From positions 106,407 to 170,406 of IMG/VR virus record IMGVR_UViG_3300030102_007788: 64,000 nt of DNA; one strand, 5' to 3'. Below the pieces are notes generated by a model. The model was not told where the DNA came from, made no database searches, and was given only the letters and a program-made list of their open reading frames with translations. This document shows positions 45,501 to 54,781 of the stretch, piece after piece. The position numbers and the translations under genes are program-made. Source of the stretch: a virus. Every line of letters begins with the position of its first letter. Within the stretch, counting starts at the first letter, position 1.

Positions 45501-47161
45501 CGAATGTCAATCTATCAACCGACAGCGACTGGGATTTATTAATAAACACTGATGGTAACGTTGGTATAGGAACAACGAACCCGAGCCAAAAACTTGACGT
45601 TAATGGAAACACGGAACTTAACGGAGCGGTGAATATAGTTGGTGGCGGATGGCTTTCTTTTGACGGAGAGCAGGGGCTCAGAAAATCTGGTAGCTGGCTT
45701 TATTTAGCTGACGGGGGATTCACAAGTGGATTGTATACTCGTATAAAAATAAGGGTAGACGGATATGATGTTTCTCCATATCAAGATACCGCAAGTGTCA
45801 CGTCAGCCACAACGCTAGGTATATCTACTAAACGATGGTATAATGTCTACTCTCAAGCTGGGAACTTTAGTGGCACCGTGACAGCCGGTGGAATAGCCTT
45901 GGGAGCCGGTAATCTAACAACTACTGGCAACATAAGCGGAAATGGATCAGGCTTGACCGCTTTAAATGCTTCAAACATTGGCTCAGGCACAATTAACGTC
46001 GCTAGATTAGGTAGCGGCGCAACAAGTAGTAAATTCTTAAGGGGAGATAATACTTGGCAAACTATTAGCAGTGGATCAAGCCCAAATAACTCTACCATTA
46101 CTATAAGCACAGGAACTGGTATTACTGGGTCTACTAGTTTTACCCTTAATCAAGCATCCAATCAAACTATTAGTTTGGCATGTGATTTGGGTGAGTTGCC
46201 TGATATGACTCAAAGTTGGTCTAGTAATGATGAGTTTATTGTTTTGGATAGTGGATCGCAAAAAAGAAAGCGGTCTGCAGAGATTTTTGGTTCCAACGCT
46301 TTTAATAGTACTACTATACCAACAAATAATAATCAGCTAACTAATGGCGCGGGCTACACAACGAATACAGGTACAATGTCTAGCTGGAATTGGGGTATAA
46401 ACTCTGAATCCACGGGAGCTAACATAGGCAATGGAGAGTTAGTTAGAATAATAGCGGGAACAAATGTAACAGTTAGTAGAAGTGGAAATGATGTTACTGT
46501 CAGTGCTAGCGGCGGCGGGTCAACTCCAAATAACAAAACCATAACACTGTCAGCAGGAAATGGTTTAAGTAATGGTGGTGCTTTTACTACTAACCAAAGT
46601 TTTAACGAAACGATTACTTTTAACATTACTGGTCTTAATTCAAGCGGTAACGGCTCGACGGTAATGAAGCATATATCTGTAGGCGCTGGCACCGCACAGA
46701 CTTCATCTAATGGTATCAGCTTTAGTCAAAGCGGAGGCATTAGCATATCGGCAAGTGGAAGCACGGTTTCATTTAGTTCGTCTTCAGCTTCTGATTACAG
46801 GCTAAAGAAAAACGTAACCGACTTTAACTCAGAGTCTTGGACAAAAGTTAAAAGCGTTAGCTGTCGCAAATTTGATTTCGATGCTGAAAAATTTGCTCAA
46901 GCCATGCAGGACGATTATACTATTCCTCGTCCTGCATCTTACGGAGGAAGAATAGGATTTATTGCTCACGAGCTTGAAGCTTTAGGTATTGATGGAGCGG
47001 TAGAGGGCGAAAAAGATGGCGTAGATGAAAACGGAATACCTATATACCAAAAGGTAAGTTATACGACTCTTGTGCCTGTTTTATGGGGTGCTCTAAACGA
47101 AGCGATAAGAAAAATAGAAATATTGGAAAGTAAAGTCCAAGCCCTTGAAGATAGTAGTTAG
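42581..47161 (+). CDS. Tail fibre (1526 aa) with S74 chaperone
   Basis: GNVGIGT modules, GSGSGLDADKLDG, SDYRLKKNV...GFIAHE. Confidence 0.85.
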   Translation: MASLVSTTVNGDLKVTGSSNLFFEGSASSNTFEPGTRIYGAGITLTGGAYTSVFEYTVPGGLAGNFRFFVKGTTGNVVVPTQVDVVLNHSKDITIKSQTGNYTPLHVKVLTNNNEDCLVQLKADTSGNANVTVYIDVIAFGDGSVSFSSFGSYTGTSLEHKCNFGFSFSTIDNTNASKFVMDGGNADGGRLGIGTNSPAQPLDVLGKVSINSDGTLNWGAARDYGRLTWDTTNSRAIVRGESGKNLSLGANGTQDYVFIKTDGNVGIGTTGPEARLDLHAGNMLIGDSYLDHHSSNDNYGLQIKSTDATQVGLELRSNGGSNAAGTWHATLYGAGSYYGFLDAPWGAWDVRKTVNGALQIDQGSGLETVLTTATTPTWANLGAGYRTNYTLGFRAPSSAYAGLYFEGTNGGSAGYFLIRGTSDTGVYTAEGITLVADQGWLTLAQRTTSSKGVRIMTGSSTSRDRITVSTDGDIVLGVPTNSLAPATTTTLKGYSVQYDSGGAGERLSNTGFLTWHTGGSWTGNERMWALTNASNMAGGGGPRFTLLRGTANNVVPTLGNNGTLGTNTVITCFWTNNGDFHNAGPVSIVTQTLPSSNKFHVSSNQAGSASKSSIAVVSVADNSTFNNGTAALHVINSGNRGTAGNSIGSDLLRLEFSNGIHTIFNKDGSVGIGTTNPGQKLDVVGAGNFTGNLYLAGNSASRFYFGSKRALEGQIINNFLDVGEDFGSTRMRSSTSVYPTNSITLGTSSSRWSTIYGAAGNFSGTVTATTFSGTLSGTADKSNMVTGSAFATTGSPSSVLEYQQAASITDTKLAPTSDWYNTIRMGHGNPYSYYSNTIAMQMTGTGAGQIKTQRIANNVAQGWRTVWDSGNDGSGSGLDADKLDGLEYNHFAYRASGGTGYYIVSSWLQFSGTYGPYWNAGVGAGWHIYPASTDSMRWRASSSAVRSNLRLDVGSSNYGNLCASTTMGYGLRKANVNLSTDSDWDLLINTDGNVGIGTTNPSQKLDVNGNTELNGAVNIVGGGWLSFDGEQGLRKSGSWLYLADGGFTSGLYTRIKIRVDGYDVSPYQDTASVTSATTLGISTKRWYNVYSQAGNFSGTVTAGGIALGAGNLTTTGNISGNGSGLTALNASNIGSGTINVARLGSGATSSKFLRGDNTWQTISSGSSPNNSTITISTGTGITGSTSFTLNQASNQTISLACDLGELPDMTQSWSSNDEFIVLDSGSQKRKRSAEIFGSNAFNSTTIPTNNNQLTNGAGYTTNTGTMSSWNWGINSESTGANIGNGELVRIIAGTNVTVSRSGNDVTVSASGGGSTPNNKTITLSAGNGLSNGGAFTTNQSFNETITFNITGLNSSGNGSTVMKHISVGAGTAQTSSNGISFSQSGGISISASGSTVSFSSSSASDYRLKKNVTDFNSESWTKVKSVSCRKFDFDAEKFAQAMQDDYTIPRPASYGGRIGFIAHELEALGIDGAVEGEKDGVDENGIPIYQKVSYTTLVPVLWGALNEAIRKIEILESKVQALEDSS

Positions 47162-48312
47162 TGGCATCCATTGAATTAAATTTAATAGATTACCCAAAGG
47201 TAAAAGTTGATTCTGAAAAGGAGCTGCTTGTAAAAATCCGCGAAGAATCTGGCGAATATTACATAGAACAAAAAATAAAAAAAGGCACTGTCAGCCTTAA
47301 GATGCCTATTGTTAGAGAATGGATCATCGAAGCTTTCAACGGCGATAAAAAAGTTTTTAATTACCAATACAAATTAGAAGGGCAAATAGTATTCATTAGA
47401 TTTGTTAATACTGCTCTAGGTGATGCTATTGTATGGCCAGAGTACATTGAAAAATTTAGAAAGAAATATAAATGCAAAGTCTATGTAAAGGTAAGATACC
47501 CGGAGCTATTTGAAAAAAGTTATCCTAATATTACTTTTCTTAAAAAAGGTCAGAACTTAGAGAAGATTGACGTACAGGTAAACGCAAGTGTTATATTCGG
47601 CGGAGTGCCGATGCTTCAATGGCCCACTACAATACTTAATTTAAAAAAAGAAGAATTACGCCCAAAGATAGACAAGCCAAAATTTAAAAGAAATATTGAA
47701 AAGAAATATGTTTGTATTGCTACTCACGCCAGTTCATATCATAAATACTGGCTGCGAAAGAACGGATGGAACGATGTAATAAAATATCTTAAAGATTTAG
47801 GTTATGAAGTTCTTTGTATAGATGGTGATGACGTAGCTGATTATGGGTTAGTAAAAATGCACGTACCTGACGGTTGTATAAAAAGAACAGGAAAAAGACC
47901 TCTATCTGAAAGAATTAACGACTTACATTTCTGCGACTTTTTCATAGGTCTTGGTTCGGGTTTATCTTGGTTAGCTTGGGCTGTTGGTAAACCTGTTGTT
48001 ATGATAGCGGGGTTTAGCGATGAAGAATGTGAATTTGAAAATCCGTACAGAGTTATAAACAAAGATGTTTGTCATGGTTGCTGGGGGAAGCATGAACATG
48101 AAGAAGTAATAGATAGGTTTATAAAAAACTCAGAAGGAGTTGTTTGTAGATTTAAAAGCGGTATAGCAGATCCTTTCTATTGCCCAAAACATTACGGCAC
48201 ATCAAGACAGCACGAATGTTCCCGCGAGATAACTTTCGAAATGGTTAAAGAAAAGATTACTAAGTTAGTATCCTCATTTTCTCATGGCCAACAACAACCT
48301 GTGGGTCAATAA
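47161..48312 (+). CDS. TibC/AAH-like (autotransporter heptosyltransferase family) glycosyltransferase
   Basis: ALGDAIVW, FFIGLGSGLSWLAWAVGKPVVMIAGFS, CHGCW...CPKH...HECSREIT. Confidence 0.82.
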   Translation: MASIELNLIDYPKVKVDSEKELLVKIREESGEYYIEQKIKKGTVSLKMPIVREWIIEAFNGDKKVFNYQYKLEGQIVFIRFVNTALGDAIVWPEYIEKFRKKYKCKVYVKVRYPELFEKSYPNITFLKKGQNLEKIDVQVNASVIFGGVPMLQWPTTILNLKKEELRPKIDKPKFKRNIEKKYVCIATHASSYHKYWLRKNGWNDVIKYLKDLGYEVLCIDGDDVADYGLVKMHVPDGCIKRTGKRPLSERINDLHFCDFFIGLGSGLSWLAWAVGKPVVMIAGFSDEECEFENPYRVINKDVCHGCWGKHEHEEVIDRFIKNSEGVVCRFKSGIADPFYCPKHYGTSRQHECSREITFEMVKEKITKLVSSFSHGQQQPVGQ

Positions 48313-48913
48313 AGATTTTAAATCCTGCTTTTTTTGCAAGGTGGCAGAATGCAACATCTTCAGAACAGTAATCTTCTAAATCGCCGATTTGTTTTTTAAG
48401 CTGACAGAACCAAGGGTATTCAACTTTTTCAAATACTCCCTTTTTAATTAACATGAAACCCATGCCGTTGTAATCAACTTCCATCAAACCTTTATGGTTA
48501 GCAACGTCTTGTTGTTGCAAGAAATAAAATGAGCCGTTCTTTTTATAATACTTTTGATCCCAGTCCTTAACGCAGGCGAAGTTCTGCCCGTTCTCAGTTT
48601 TATAAATTCCAGAAACAATATCTTGATCGTAAGACATTAGCTTTTGTATTTGTTCAAAGCCAAAAACAATATCTGAATCGATCCACATTATATATTCGTA
48701 ATCGATTTTACCATCAAAGGGGGCTTGGTGGATGCCTCGTCGTACATCGGCGCCAAGGCACAGGCATCTTGCGTAACTTACCATCGAAGAATACTTGTTG
48801 GAAAGCAATGGGTTGATTCCATTCTTGATACACTTAAGTAAAGTGTCTGTCCAACAATTTAAAAAGTTTCCTGAGAACTCCCTACCGGGAATTGCAAAAA
48901 TGATATTCTTCAT
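48260..48913 (-). CDS. GT-A fold glycosyltransferase
   Basis: MWIDSDIVF, GMGFMLIK, SEDVAFC, VGHEK; promoter TTGACT-17-TAGAAT supports the 48913 start. Confidence 0.82.
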   Translation of the reverse strand: MKNIIFAIPGREFSGNFLNCWTDTLLKCIKNGINPLLSNKYSSMVSYARCLCLGADVRRGIHQAPFDGKIDYEYIMWIDSDIVFGFEQIQKLMSYDQDIVSGIYKTENGQNFACVKDWDQKYYKKNGSFYFLQQQDVANHKGLMEVDYNGMGFMLIKKGVFEKVEYPWFCQLKKQIGDLEDYCSEDVAFCHLAKKAGFKIFIDPQVVVGHEKMRILT

Positions 48914-49114
48914 ATGCAGGAAATATTCTACCGATATTTTAGACATAAGTCAAACAATAGTGTATTTTATATTAGTAGCTGCAGCTTGAGTTGTTTTAAT
49001 ACAAAGTCGGCGCTACCATATAAATACTTGGCTCATTGCGAGAAAGTATCTTCTCACCCAGCCGACGGCGGTAAACAACAAAAAAAACGCTAGGGTGAGA
49101 TATATACTAATGAC

Positions 49115-49621
49115 ATGCTAACAAAAGAAGATATCAAGTTTCTCGCGAGGAAGACAAAGTTACCCGCCGAAAAAGCTCAATCTTTATTTGAAGAAAAAAC
49201 CGACTCTGACTTGGTCCTTGAGCAGATCAGCAATAAAAGACTTACAAAAAAAGAGCTGCTAGAATTATCCTTCCCAATTTTCATCAAAATACTTATCAAC
49301 AGAGAGATGAAAGACATAGATCAAAAATATAAAAATTATGTTTCTGATTTTGTGGGTGTTTTTTATCCTCAGATAATGCTAGCTAATAGAATCAAAACTA
49401 AGGTTCCAAGAAAGCCTTCTGAAGAAAATGCTCAATACTTTTTTACTTTAGCTAGTTTTTTTGAAGAGGACATGGTGGCTCAAATGAATGTCCAGCAGGT
49501 TCATAAAATTTTAAAATACACAATGGATACATTTGCAGAAAAGAAGGGAAAAGACTATGTGGAGGCTATGTCTGTAGGTTATGAGTATTTTGGTAAGATA
49601 AGAAAAAAGTGGATGTCATAG
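49115..49621 (+). CDS. Hypothetical protein
   Basis: 168-aa ORF. Confidence 0.7.
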   Translation: MLTKEDIKFLARKTKLPAEKAQSLFEEKTDSDLVLEQISNKRLTKKELLELSFPIFIKILINREMKDIDQKYKNYVSDFVGVFYPQIMLANRIKTKVPRKPSEENAQYFFTLASFFEEDMVAQMNVQQVHKILKYTMDTFAEKKGKDYVEAMSVGYEYFGKIRKKWMS

Positions 49622-49647
49622 ACTATATTGTGTAATATTAATTTGAT

Positions 49648-49842
49648 ATGAAAGCACTTTCAGGTAAAAAAACCTACTTCACCGCTGGTGCAGCGGTACT
49701 GACGGCTCTCGGCGCTTATTTCGCTGGAGAGGTAGATCTCACGGTAACTATTCAAAGCTGTTTTGCAGCTCTTATGGTAGTTTTTCTCAGAAAAGGAGTT
49801 ACTTCCGAAGCTGCGAAAACTACTGAAAAGCCTAGCGAGTGA
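49648..49842 (+). CDS. Putative holin
   Basis: GKKTY start motif, two TM segments, basic tail. Confidence 0.65.
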   Translation: MKALSGKKTYFTAGAAVLTALGAYFAGEVDLTVTIQSCFAALMVVFLRKGVTSEAAKTTEKPSE

Positions 49843-50051
49843 TGAGTTGGATCTCTTCTATCCTTGAAATTCTAAAGTCTTTGTTTGGATATTTAAATAA
49901 AAAAACATTGACAGAAGAGGAAAAAATTGCAAGAATAAAAAGAGAAGAGAAACAGCAAGTAAAGAATGACTGGAAAAGTACTCAGGATGAAATTGATCGT
50001 GCTTTTAAGTTTGCTAAGTCTCGCCAACGGGTGCAGGACGACAAAAACTGA
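49839..50051 (+). CDS. Putative i-spanin-like protein
   Basis: N-terminal anchor plus coiled coil, overlaps the lipoprotein gene. Confidence 0.5.
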   Translation: MMSWISSILEILKSLFGYLNKKTLTEEEKIARIKREEKQQVKNDWKSTQDEIDRAFKFAKSRQRVQDDKN

Positions 50052-50217
50052 AGCTATATCAATCCCTGAAGTTCCCCAAAACATTGTTCAGAGAATGATG
50101 ACCCATCCTCAAATTGACCAAGCTTGGGAACATGCTCCAGAATTCACGCGAGATGTTTTAAAAACAATTTCAGATCAAGCTGCGCAGCTTGAGTTGAAAA
50201 ACATAAATAACAACTAA
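49987..50217 (+). CDS. Putative o-spanin-like lipoprotein
   Basis: MKLIVLLSLLSLANGC lipobox, overlapping frame. Confidence 0.55.
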   Translation: MKLIVLLSLLSLANGCRTTKTEAISIPEVPQNIVQRMMTHPQIDQAWEHAPEFTRDVLKTISDQAAQLELKNINNN

Positions 50218-50219
50218 TT

Positions 50220-50522
50220 ATGAAGAATATTATTCTAATGATTGTACTGCTTGGGCTGACTACCAGCGTCAACGCAGGAGAGAAGAAGGAAAAGTGGTTT
50301 GGTGTTGGTGTTAAGCCTGACCCAAACATCACTGTTCCATTCCTTGGAGTCAAAGCTCCACTGCCCACTGTTTGTGCTGGTAAAGATGTTTCGGCATCTT
50401 TTGACCTCAAATGCAACAAGCAAGGCGTAACCTTTAAACTACCTTATTTTAAGTTTGATTGGGAATTTCCCGGTGTCTCTGTAGGTAGGGGGGAGAAGAA
50501 GGTTACTATCGGTAAGAAGTAA
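50220..50522 (+). CDS. Secreted hypothetical protein
   Basis: Signal peptide ending VNA. Confidence 0.65.
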   Translation: MKNIILMIVLLGLTTSVNAGEKKEKWFGVGVKPDPNITVPFLGVKAPLPTVCAGKDVSASFDLKCNKQGVTFKLPYFKFDWEFPGVSVGRGEKKVTIGKK

Positions 50523-50545
50523 TCTTATATAAATTACTTATGAGG

Positions 50546-50582
50546 AAGCTCTGGGCCTTACGGGTCTAGAGCTTTCTTTTTT
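50546..50582 (+). terminator. Intrinsic terminator
   Basis: AAGCTCTGGGCC/GGTCTAGAGCTT stem followed by Ts. Confidence 0.7.
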
Positions 50583-50620
50583 CCATTTTTGGAAAAAATC
50601 GTGTAGAATATATAGTAACA

Positions 50621-51103
50621 ATGAGCAAAATAGACAAACTAGATTTTGACGTTAGCTTAAACGCTTCGTTTAATAAAACCGAGTCTAGAGTTGTCGACTT
50701 TTACGAGAAAAAAGATACTGACGAAAATCGCGACAAAGAAGATGATTTAGTTTCTTTTTCTTCTATTTTAGTAGGGTGTTTTAAAAACAAAATTAAAGCA
50801 AGCGAAAAAAGAGTTCGTGTCGATTCCGTTATCGATGTTTATAAAAACGCTGAAGACACTTATAACCTAAAACAAAACATAACTCTTTCTGAGTGGTGCA
50901 TGGCATGCGTAAATAATTACTTAAGCATATCTCAAGGAACAAGCTTCAATTTAATTCCTACCGAAGCTCATATCGAGCAAGCTAAAGAAGACTTAAAAGA
51001 ATACAAGCTAGAAGAAAATTTTGCAAGTGTTGATGAATTATACTTGGAAACTCGTAAAGAGTCGATTCAACACGCAGTAAGCGCTCATTGTAGATACTTT
51101 TAA
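50621..51103 (+). CDS. Hypothetical protein
   Basis: 160 aa, GTGTA motif upstream. Confidence 0.7.
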   Translation: MSKIDKLDFDVSLNASFNKTESRVVDFYEKKDTDENRDKEDDLVSFSSILVGCFKNKIKASEKRVRVDSVIDVYKNAEDTYNLKQNITLSEWCMACVNNYLSISQGTSFNLIPTEAHIEQAKEDLKEYKLEENFASVDELYLETRKESIQHAVSAHCRYF

Positions 51104-51104
51104 A

Positions 51105-52595
51105 ATGAAAAAGCCCAAATATACAACCACATTTAGCTCGGTAATCAAACCAGTTGTATCTGAGGAAAAAGACAAATATCTAGCTTTGGCTTCTATGGTC
51201 GAGTTGGAAAAGTTTTTACCACAAGTAGATGTAGAAAAAAACGTTGATTTGTTACCCGTAGCTTTTAACGCATTCGTCGCCAACAGAGTAAATAAGAATG
51301 GTGATGTAGTTGATACCGATACGGCCATCGCTATGCATGACAACTTTGTTAATAAACCAATTAACATTGAGCACAACAGAAAATCAGTAGTTGGAACTAT
51401 TCTAACCGCTGGCTTTTCGCGTTTTGGTAGCGACGAGCCAGTAACTAAAGAAGAGCTTAAAGATACTAAAGAGCCATTCAATGTCACTTTAGGTGGCGTA
51501 GTTTGGAAAATAGTAGATCAAAATCTAGCTGATAAAATTGAAAGCTCAAGCGATCCTACCAGTAATGAATACATGGGTATTAGCGCAAGCTGGGAGTTAG
51601 GATTTAGTGATTATAATTTAGTCGTTCTTGAAGGTGAAGAGAAAAATATAGAAAACGGTTTGGAAATCTCTGATCCAGCAGAAGTTGAAAAATACGCTGA
51701 AAAACTAAAAGGTTTTGGCGGCCAAGGTAAGTTTGACGAAAACTCAAGCATTTACCGAAAAGTAATCAACGAAGTAGTTCCGTTAGGTATCGGTTTAACT
51801 GAAAACCCTGCTGCCGATGTGCAAGGGGTATTAACTGAAAAAGGAACTGAAGAACATAAAGCTTTGGCGAAGGAGTCTCTTGAAGAAGAAACAATTTCCC
51901 AAAATCCAAACAATACTGTAAAAACAAAGAAAGTAGAAGCTATGAAAATAGAAAATCTAAAAGACATATCGGATGAGTCTCTACAGACTCTGACTGCTTC
52001 TGCTATTCATGAGTTTATTCAGGAAAGCCTTAAGAAAGCGTCTGAAGAGTTTAGTGCTCAGAATGCTGAAAAAGAGGAATCCTTGAAAGATGCTCGTGAA
52101 CAGCACGAGACGCTCTCCAAGGAACATGATTCCTTGAAGACGCAGTTAGAAGACATAAAGGCTCAGTTGGAAAAGCTTGAGGCCGAAAAGGCTGAAGCTG
52201 AAAAGTTGGAAATGTTTAATCAAAGAATGGCCTCTTTTGATGAGAGATATGCTTTGAATGACGAAGACCGTAAGGTTATCGCCTCTCAAATCAAAGATCT
52301 CGATGAAGAATCCTTCGCAGAATTTGATAAAACTATTTCTGTACTTCTTTCTACCAAAACTCATTCAGCTGTTGAAGCCTCTCAGGCCGATCCAGAAGAA
52401 GAGGAAGAGACTCAGGAAGAAGAGCAGGCTGAAGAAGCATCCGCTTCTGCAGTGTCGGAGGTTGTTGAGCAAGCAGTAGATAATGCAAAGAGTGAGACAG
52501 TTAACATTCCTGCATCTGCTCCCGCTGAAGAGCCTACAATCTTTGAGAAATATGGCAAAGCTTTTGCCATGGATCAATTTGATTTTAAACCTTAA
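51105..52595 (+). CDS. Prohead protease with scaffold-like C-terminus
   Basis: NKNGD, KPINIEH, SASWE, GIGLTENPAA; acidic coiled coil; upstream of capsid genes. Confidence 0.8.
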   Translation: MKKPKYTTTFSSVIKPVVSEEKDKYLALASMVELEKFLPQVDVEKNVDLLPVAFNAFVANRVNKNGDVVDTDTAIAMHDNFVNKPINIEHNRKSVVGTILTAGFSRFGSDEPVTKEELKDTKEPFNVTLGGVVWKIVDQNLADKIESSSDPTSNEYMGISASWELGFSDYNLVVLEGEEKNIENGLEISDPAEVEKYAEKLKGFGGQGKFDENSSIYRKVINEVVPLGIGLTENPAADVQGVLTEKGTEEHKALAKESLEEETISQNPNNTVKTKKVEAMKIENLKDISDESLQTLTASAIHEFIQESLKKASEEFSAQNAEKEESLKDAREQHETLSKEHDSLKTQLEDIKAQLEKLEAEKAEAEKLEMFNQRMASFDERYALNDEDRKVIASQIKDLDEESFAEFDKTISVLLSTKTHSAVEASQADPEEEEETQEEEQAEEASASAVSEVVEQAVDNAKSETVNIPASAPAEEPTIFEKYGKAFAMDQFDFKP

Positions 52596-52624
52596 CCCAA
52601 ATATAATTAGAAAGCTAAAACATT

Positions 52625-53212
52625 ATGGCAAACGAAAGATTAAAGCCCTTTAGGGATTATAGTGAGCACGATGTTATCAATCTATTTGCTTTTGGTGATC
52701 ATGCTGTCACATTGGGCACAACTGACGTAGTTTACGCTGGATCAGTTGTTAAAGTCCGTACTGGCTGGCAGAACACTGACGAGCTGTCATTTATTGGTAA
52801 TGTCGGAGCTGGATACAACAATACCGTTTCTCAACGGTATGGAGTGAGCGCGGAAGTTGAGTATACTGATGGTGGAGCTGATGAAGCTGCTCTTGGTATT
52901 ACTCTCTACGACGTGAGAGAATTCGACGAAAACGGTGAGAAGCTTGCCTTCAATCCACGCAAACAGGCTGAACTTCAGGCTAGCTTGACTGGTCAAGCAG
53001 TTCCGATTGCTACACGAGGACTATTCCTCATGGCTACCGGAGCATGGGCTAGTTCTCCGGGTGTTGTGTTCAACCAAGACGTTTTCGCTACTGGCGATGG
53101 TAAAATTACTACCCTCGGTAATAAAGCAGATAATAATCGAATTGGTAGAACGTTGGGTAACCCTGACGCAGATGGTTCTGTGTTGGTTAAGTTCGACTTC
53201 ACACAAGGTTAA
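52625..53212 (+). CDS. Capsid decoration/cement protein
   Basis: Between protease and MCP; LGITL, GQAVPIATRG. Confidence 0.65.
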   Translation: MANERLKPFRDYSEHDVINLFAFGDHAVTLGTTDVVYAGSVVKVRTGWQNTDELSFIGNVGAGYNNTVSQRYGVSAEVEYTDGGADEAALGITLYDVREFDENGEKLAFNPRKQAELQASLTGQAVPIATRGLFLMATGAWASSPGVVFNQDVFATGDGKITTLGNKADNNRIGRTLGNPDADGSVLVKFDFTQG

Positions 53213-53233
53213 TAAGAAAGGAGATTATATAAA

Positions 53234-54316
53234 ATGAAATTAAAACTTAAAAATACTCCAGAGCAAGTTGAACTGATTAAGGCTATGGGTTCTAAGAATC
53301 CTGAAGTCTCTCGCCCCGCAACTGAAGCTTTTGCAGCTTTTATCGGGCCGGTTGTTCAACAGGTTTTGCAGCAGGCTAATACCGCTGCATATCTTTATAC
53401 TGACGTAGAATACGACGAAGATGATAACCCAAGTTATCCTCTTGATTTGTTTTACGAGCAGAACGGTAAGGATAACTATATCACCATTTACTCTCAGCAA
53501 ATGGCTGGTGGTCTTCCTTCTTCGCAAATTGCTGGCAATGCAGAGCTTAAGGTCTCAACCTACAAGCTGGACAGCGCAGTTAGCTTCCTCAAAAAGTATG
53601 CTCGTAAGAGCCGCTTGGACGTGGTAAGCAAAGCTATTGAGCGTATGTCTAACGAGATTGTTGTAAAACAGGATCGTAACGCTTGGGCTGTTGCTCTTAA
53701 GGGTCTTGCAGAAGGTAAGGGTAAGTTTGGTACTGGTAGTGCTGGTGACAACGTTATCAATGCTAGTGCTGGTGCTTTTGGTCTTGCTGACATCAACTCA
53801 ATGATGACCAAGATGAAGAGAATTAATGCTTCTTACGCTGACGGTACTCCTACCGCTGCTTATTCTAAGGGTCTGACTGATATCTTCACTTCTGCTGAAG
53901 TTGTTGAAGACATTAGAGCAATCGCTTACAACCCATTCAGCAACAGTGCTGAGCAGGTTGGAGATATTGTAAAAGACGAAATGTATAAGGCGGCTGGTGC
54001 AAACTCCATCTTTGGTATTAACATCGTTGATCTCTATGAGCTCGGTAACGGTCAAAAATATAACACATTGTATACTGCAATGGGTGGTACTTTGACTGGT
54101 GTTCAGGAAATCATTGTTGGTGTTGATAGATCAGCTGAAGCTTTTGTTCGCCCTGTTGCTCGCAACTCTGAAACTGGAAGCACATTTACTGCTCTTCCAG
54201 ATGATCAGTTCGTTCAACGTCAGGACAAAACTGGCTTCTATGGCGGCTTGGAAGAGGGACGTGTCCTTCTTGATGCTCGCGCCATCGTTGGTCTTCGCAA
54301 AGACGTAACTAGCTAA
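53234..54316 (+). CDS. Major capsid protein
   Basis: 360 aa, position in module, strongly biased codons, strong terminator follows. Confidence 0.8.
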   Translation: MKLKLKNTPEQVELIKAMGSKNPEVSRPATEAFAAFIGPVVQQVLQQANTAAYLYTDVEYDEDDNPSYPLDLFYEQNGKDNYITIYSQQMAGGLPSSQIAGNAELKVSTYKLDSAVSFLKKYARKSRLDVVSKAIERMSNEIVVKQDRNAWAVALKGLAEGKGKFGTGSAGDNVINASAGAFGLADINSMMTKMKRINASYADGTPTAAYSKGLTDIFTSAEVVEDIRAIAYNPFSNSAEQVGDIVKDEMYKAAGANSIFGINIVDLYELGNGQKYNTLYTAMGGTLTGVQEIIVGVDRSAEAFVRPVARNSETGSTFTALPDDQFVQRQDKTGFYGGLEEGRVLLDARAIVGLRKDVTS

Positions 54317-54342
54317 TAGAAAATATTAGATTATAAAATATC

Positions 54343-54372
54343 AACCCCGGTCCCGCAAGGGCCGGGGTTTTC
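54343..54372 (+). terminator. Intrinsic terminator after MCP
   Basis: AACCCCGGTCCC-GCAA-GGGCCGGGGTT followed by TTCT. Confidence 0.85.
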
Positions 54373-54421
54373 TATTTTTTAGAAAAAAAGTGTACTTTTT
54401 AGTACTATAAGGAATAAGATT

Positions 54422-54781
54422 ATGGCAGCAAAAAAAATCAGAGCGAAGAAAAGCGTGAAAAATATGTCACAAACTCACGCTAAACAGGAGTTCCAACCTA
54501 CGACTTTAGACCAAATTTGGGGCGATACGGGCAGTTCTGCTTATGGGACTATGGACGAAGAGGTTTATGCCAAAAGAGTTGATGATATGAACTTATCTGA
54601 CCTGCAAGCCCATGCATCCACAGTTGGAATTATCCCAATTGACAATAGGACAATGCTGCGAGACAGGCTCTTAAGAGAATTTAGAAAACACGTAGCCGCT
54701 TACCAGAAGCCAATTCAAGAAGTTGATGGTCCGAAGACATTAAGTGCCCAAGCTATGAAAATTCTTTCAGAAGGAAGATAA
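54422..54781 (+). CDS. Hypothetical protein
   Basis: 119-aa ORF. Confidence 0.7.
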   Translation: MAAKKIRAKKSVKNMSQTHAKQEFQPTTLDQIWGDTGSSAYGTMDEEVYAKRVDDMNLSDLQAHASTVGIIPIDNRTMLRDRLLREFRKHVAAYQKPIQEVDGPKTLSAQAMKILSEGR

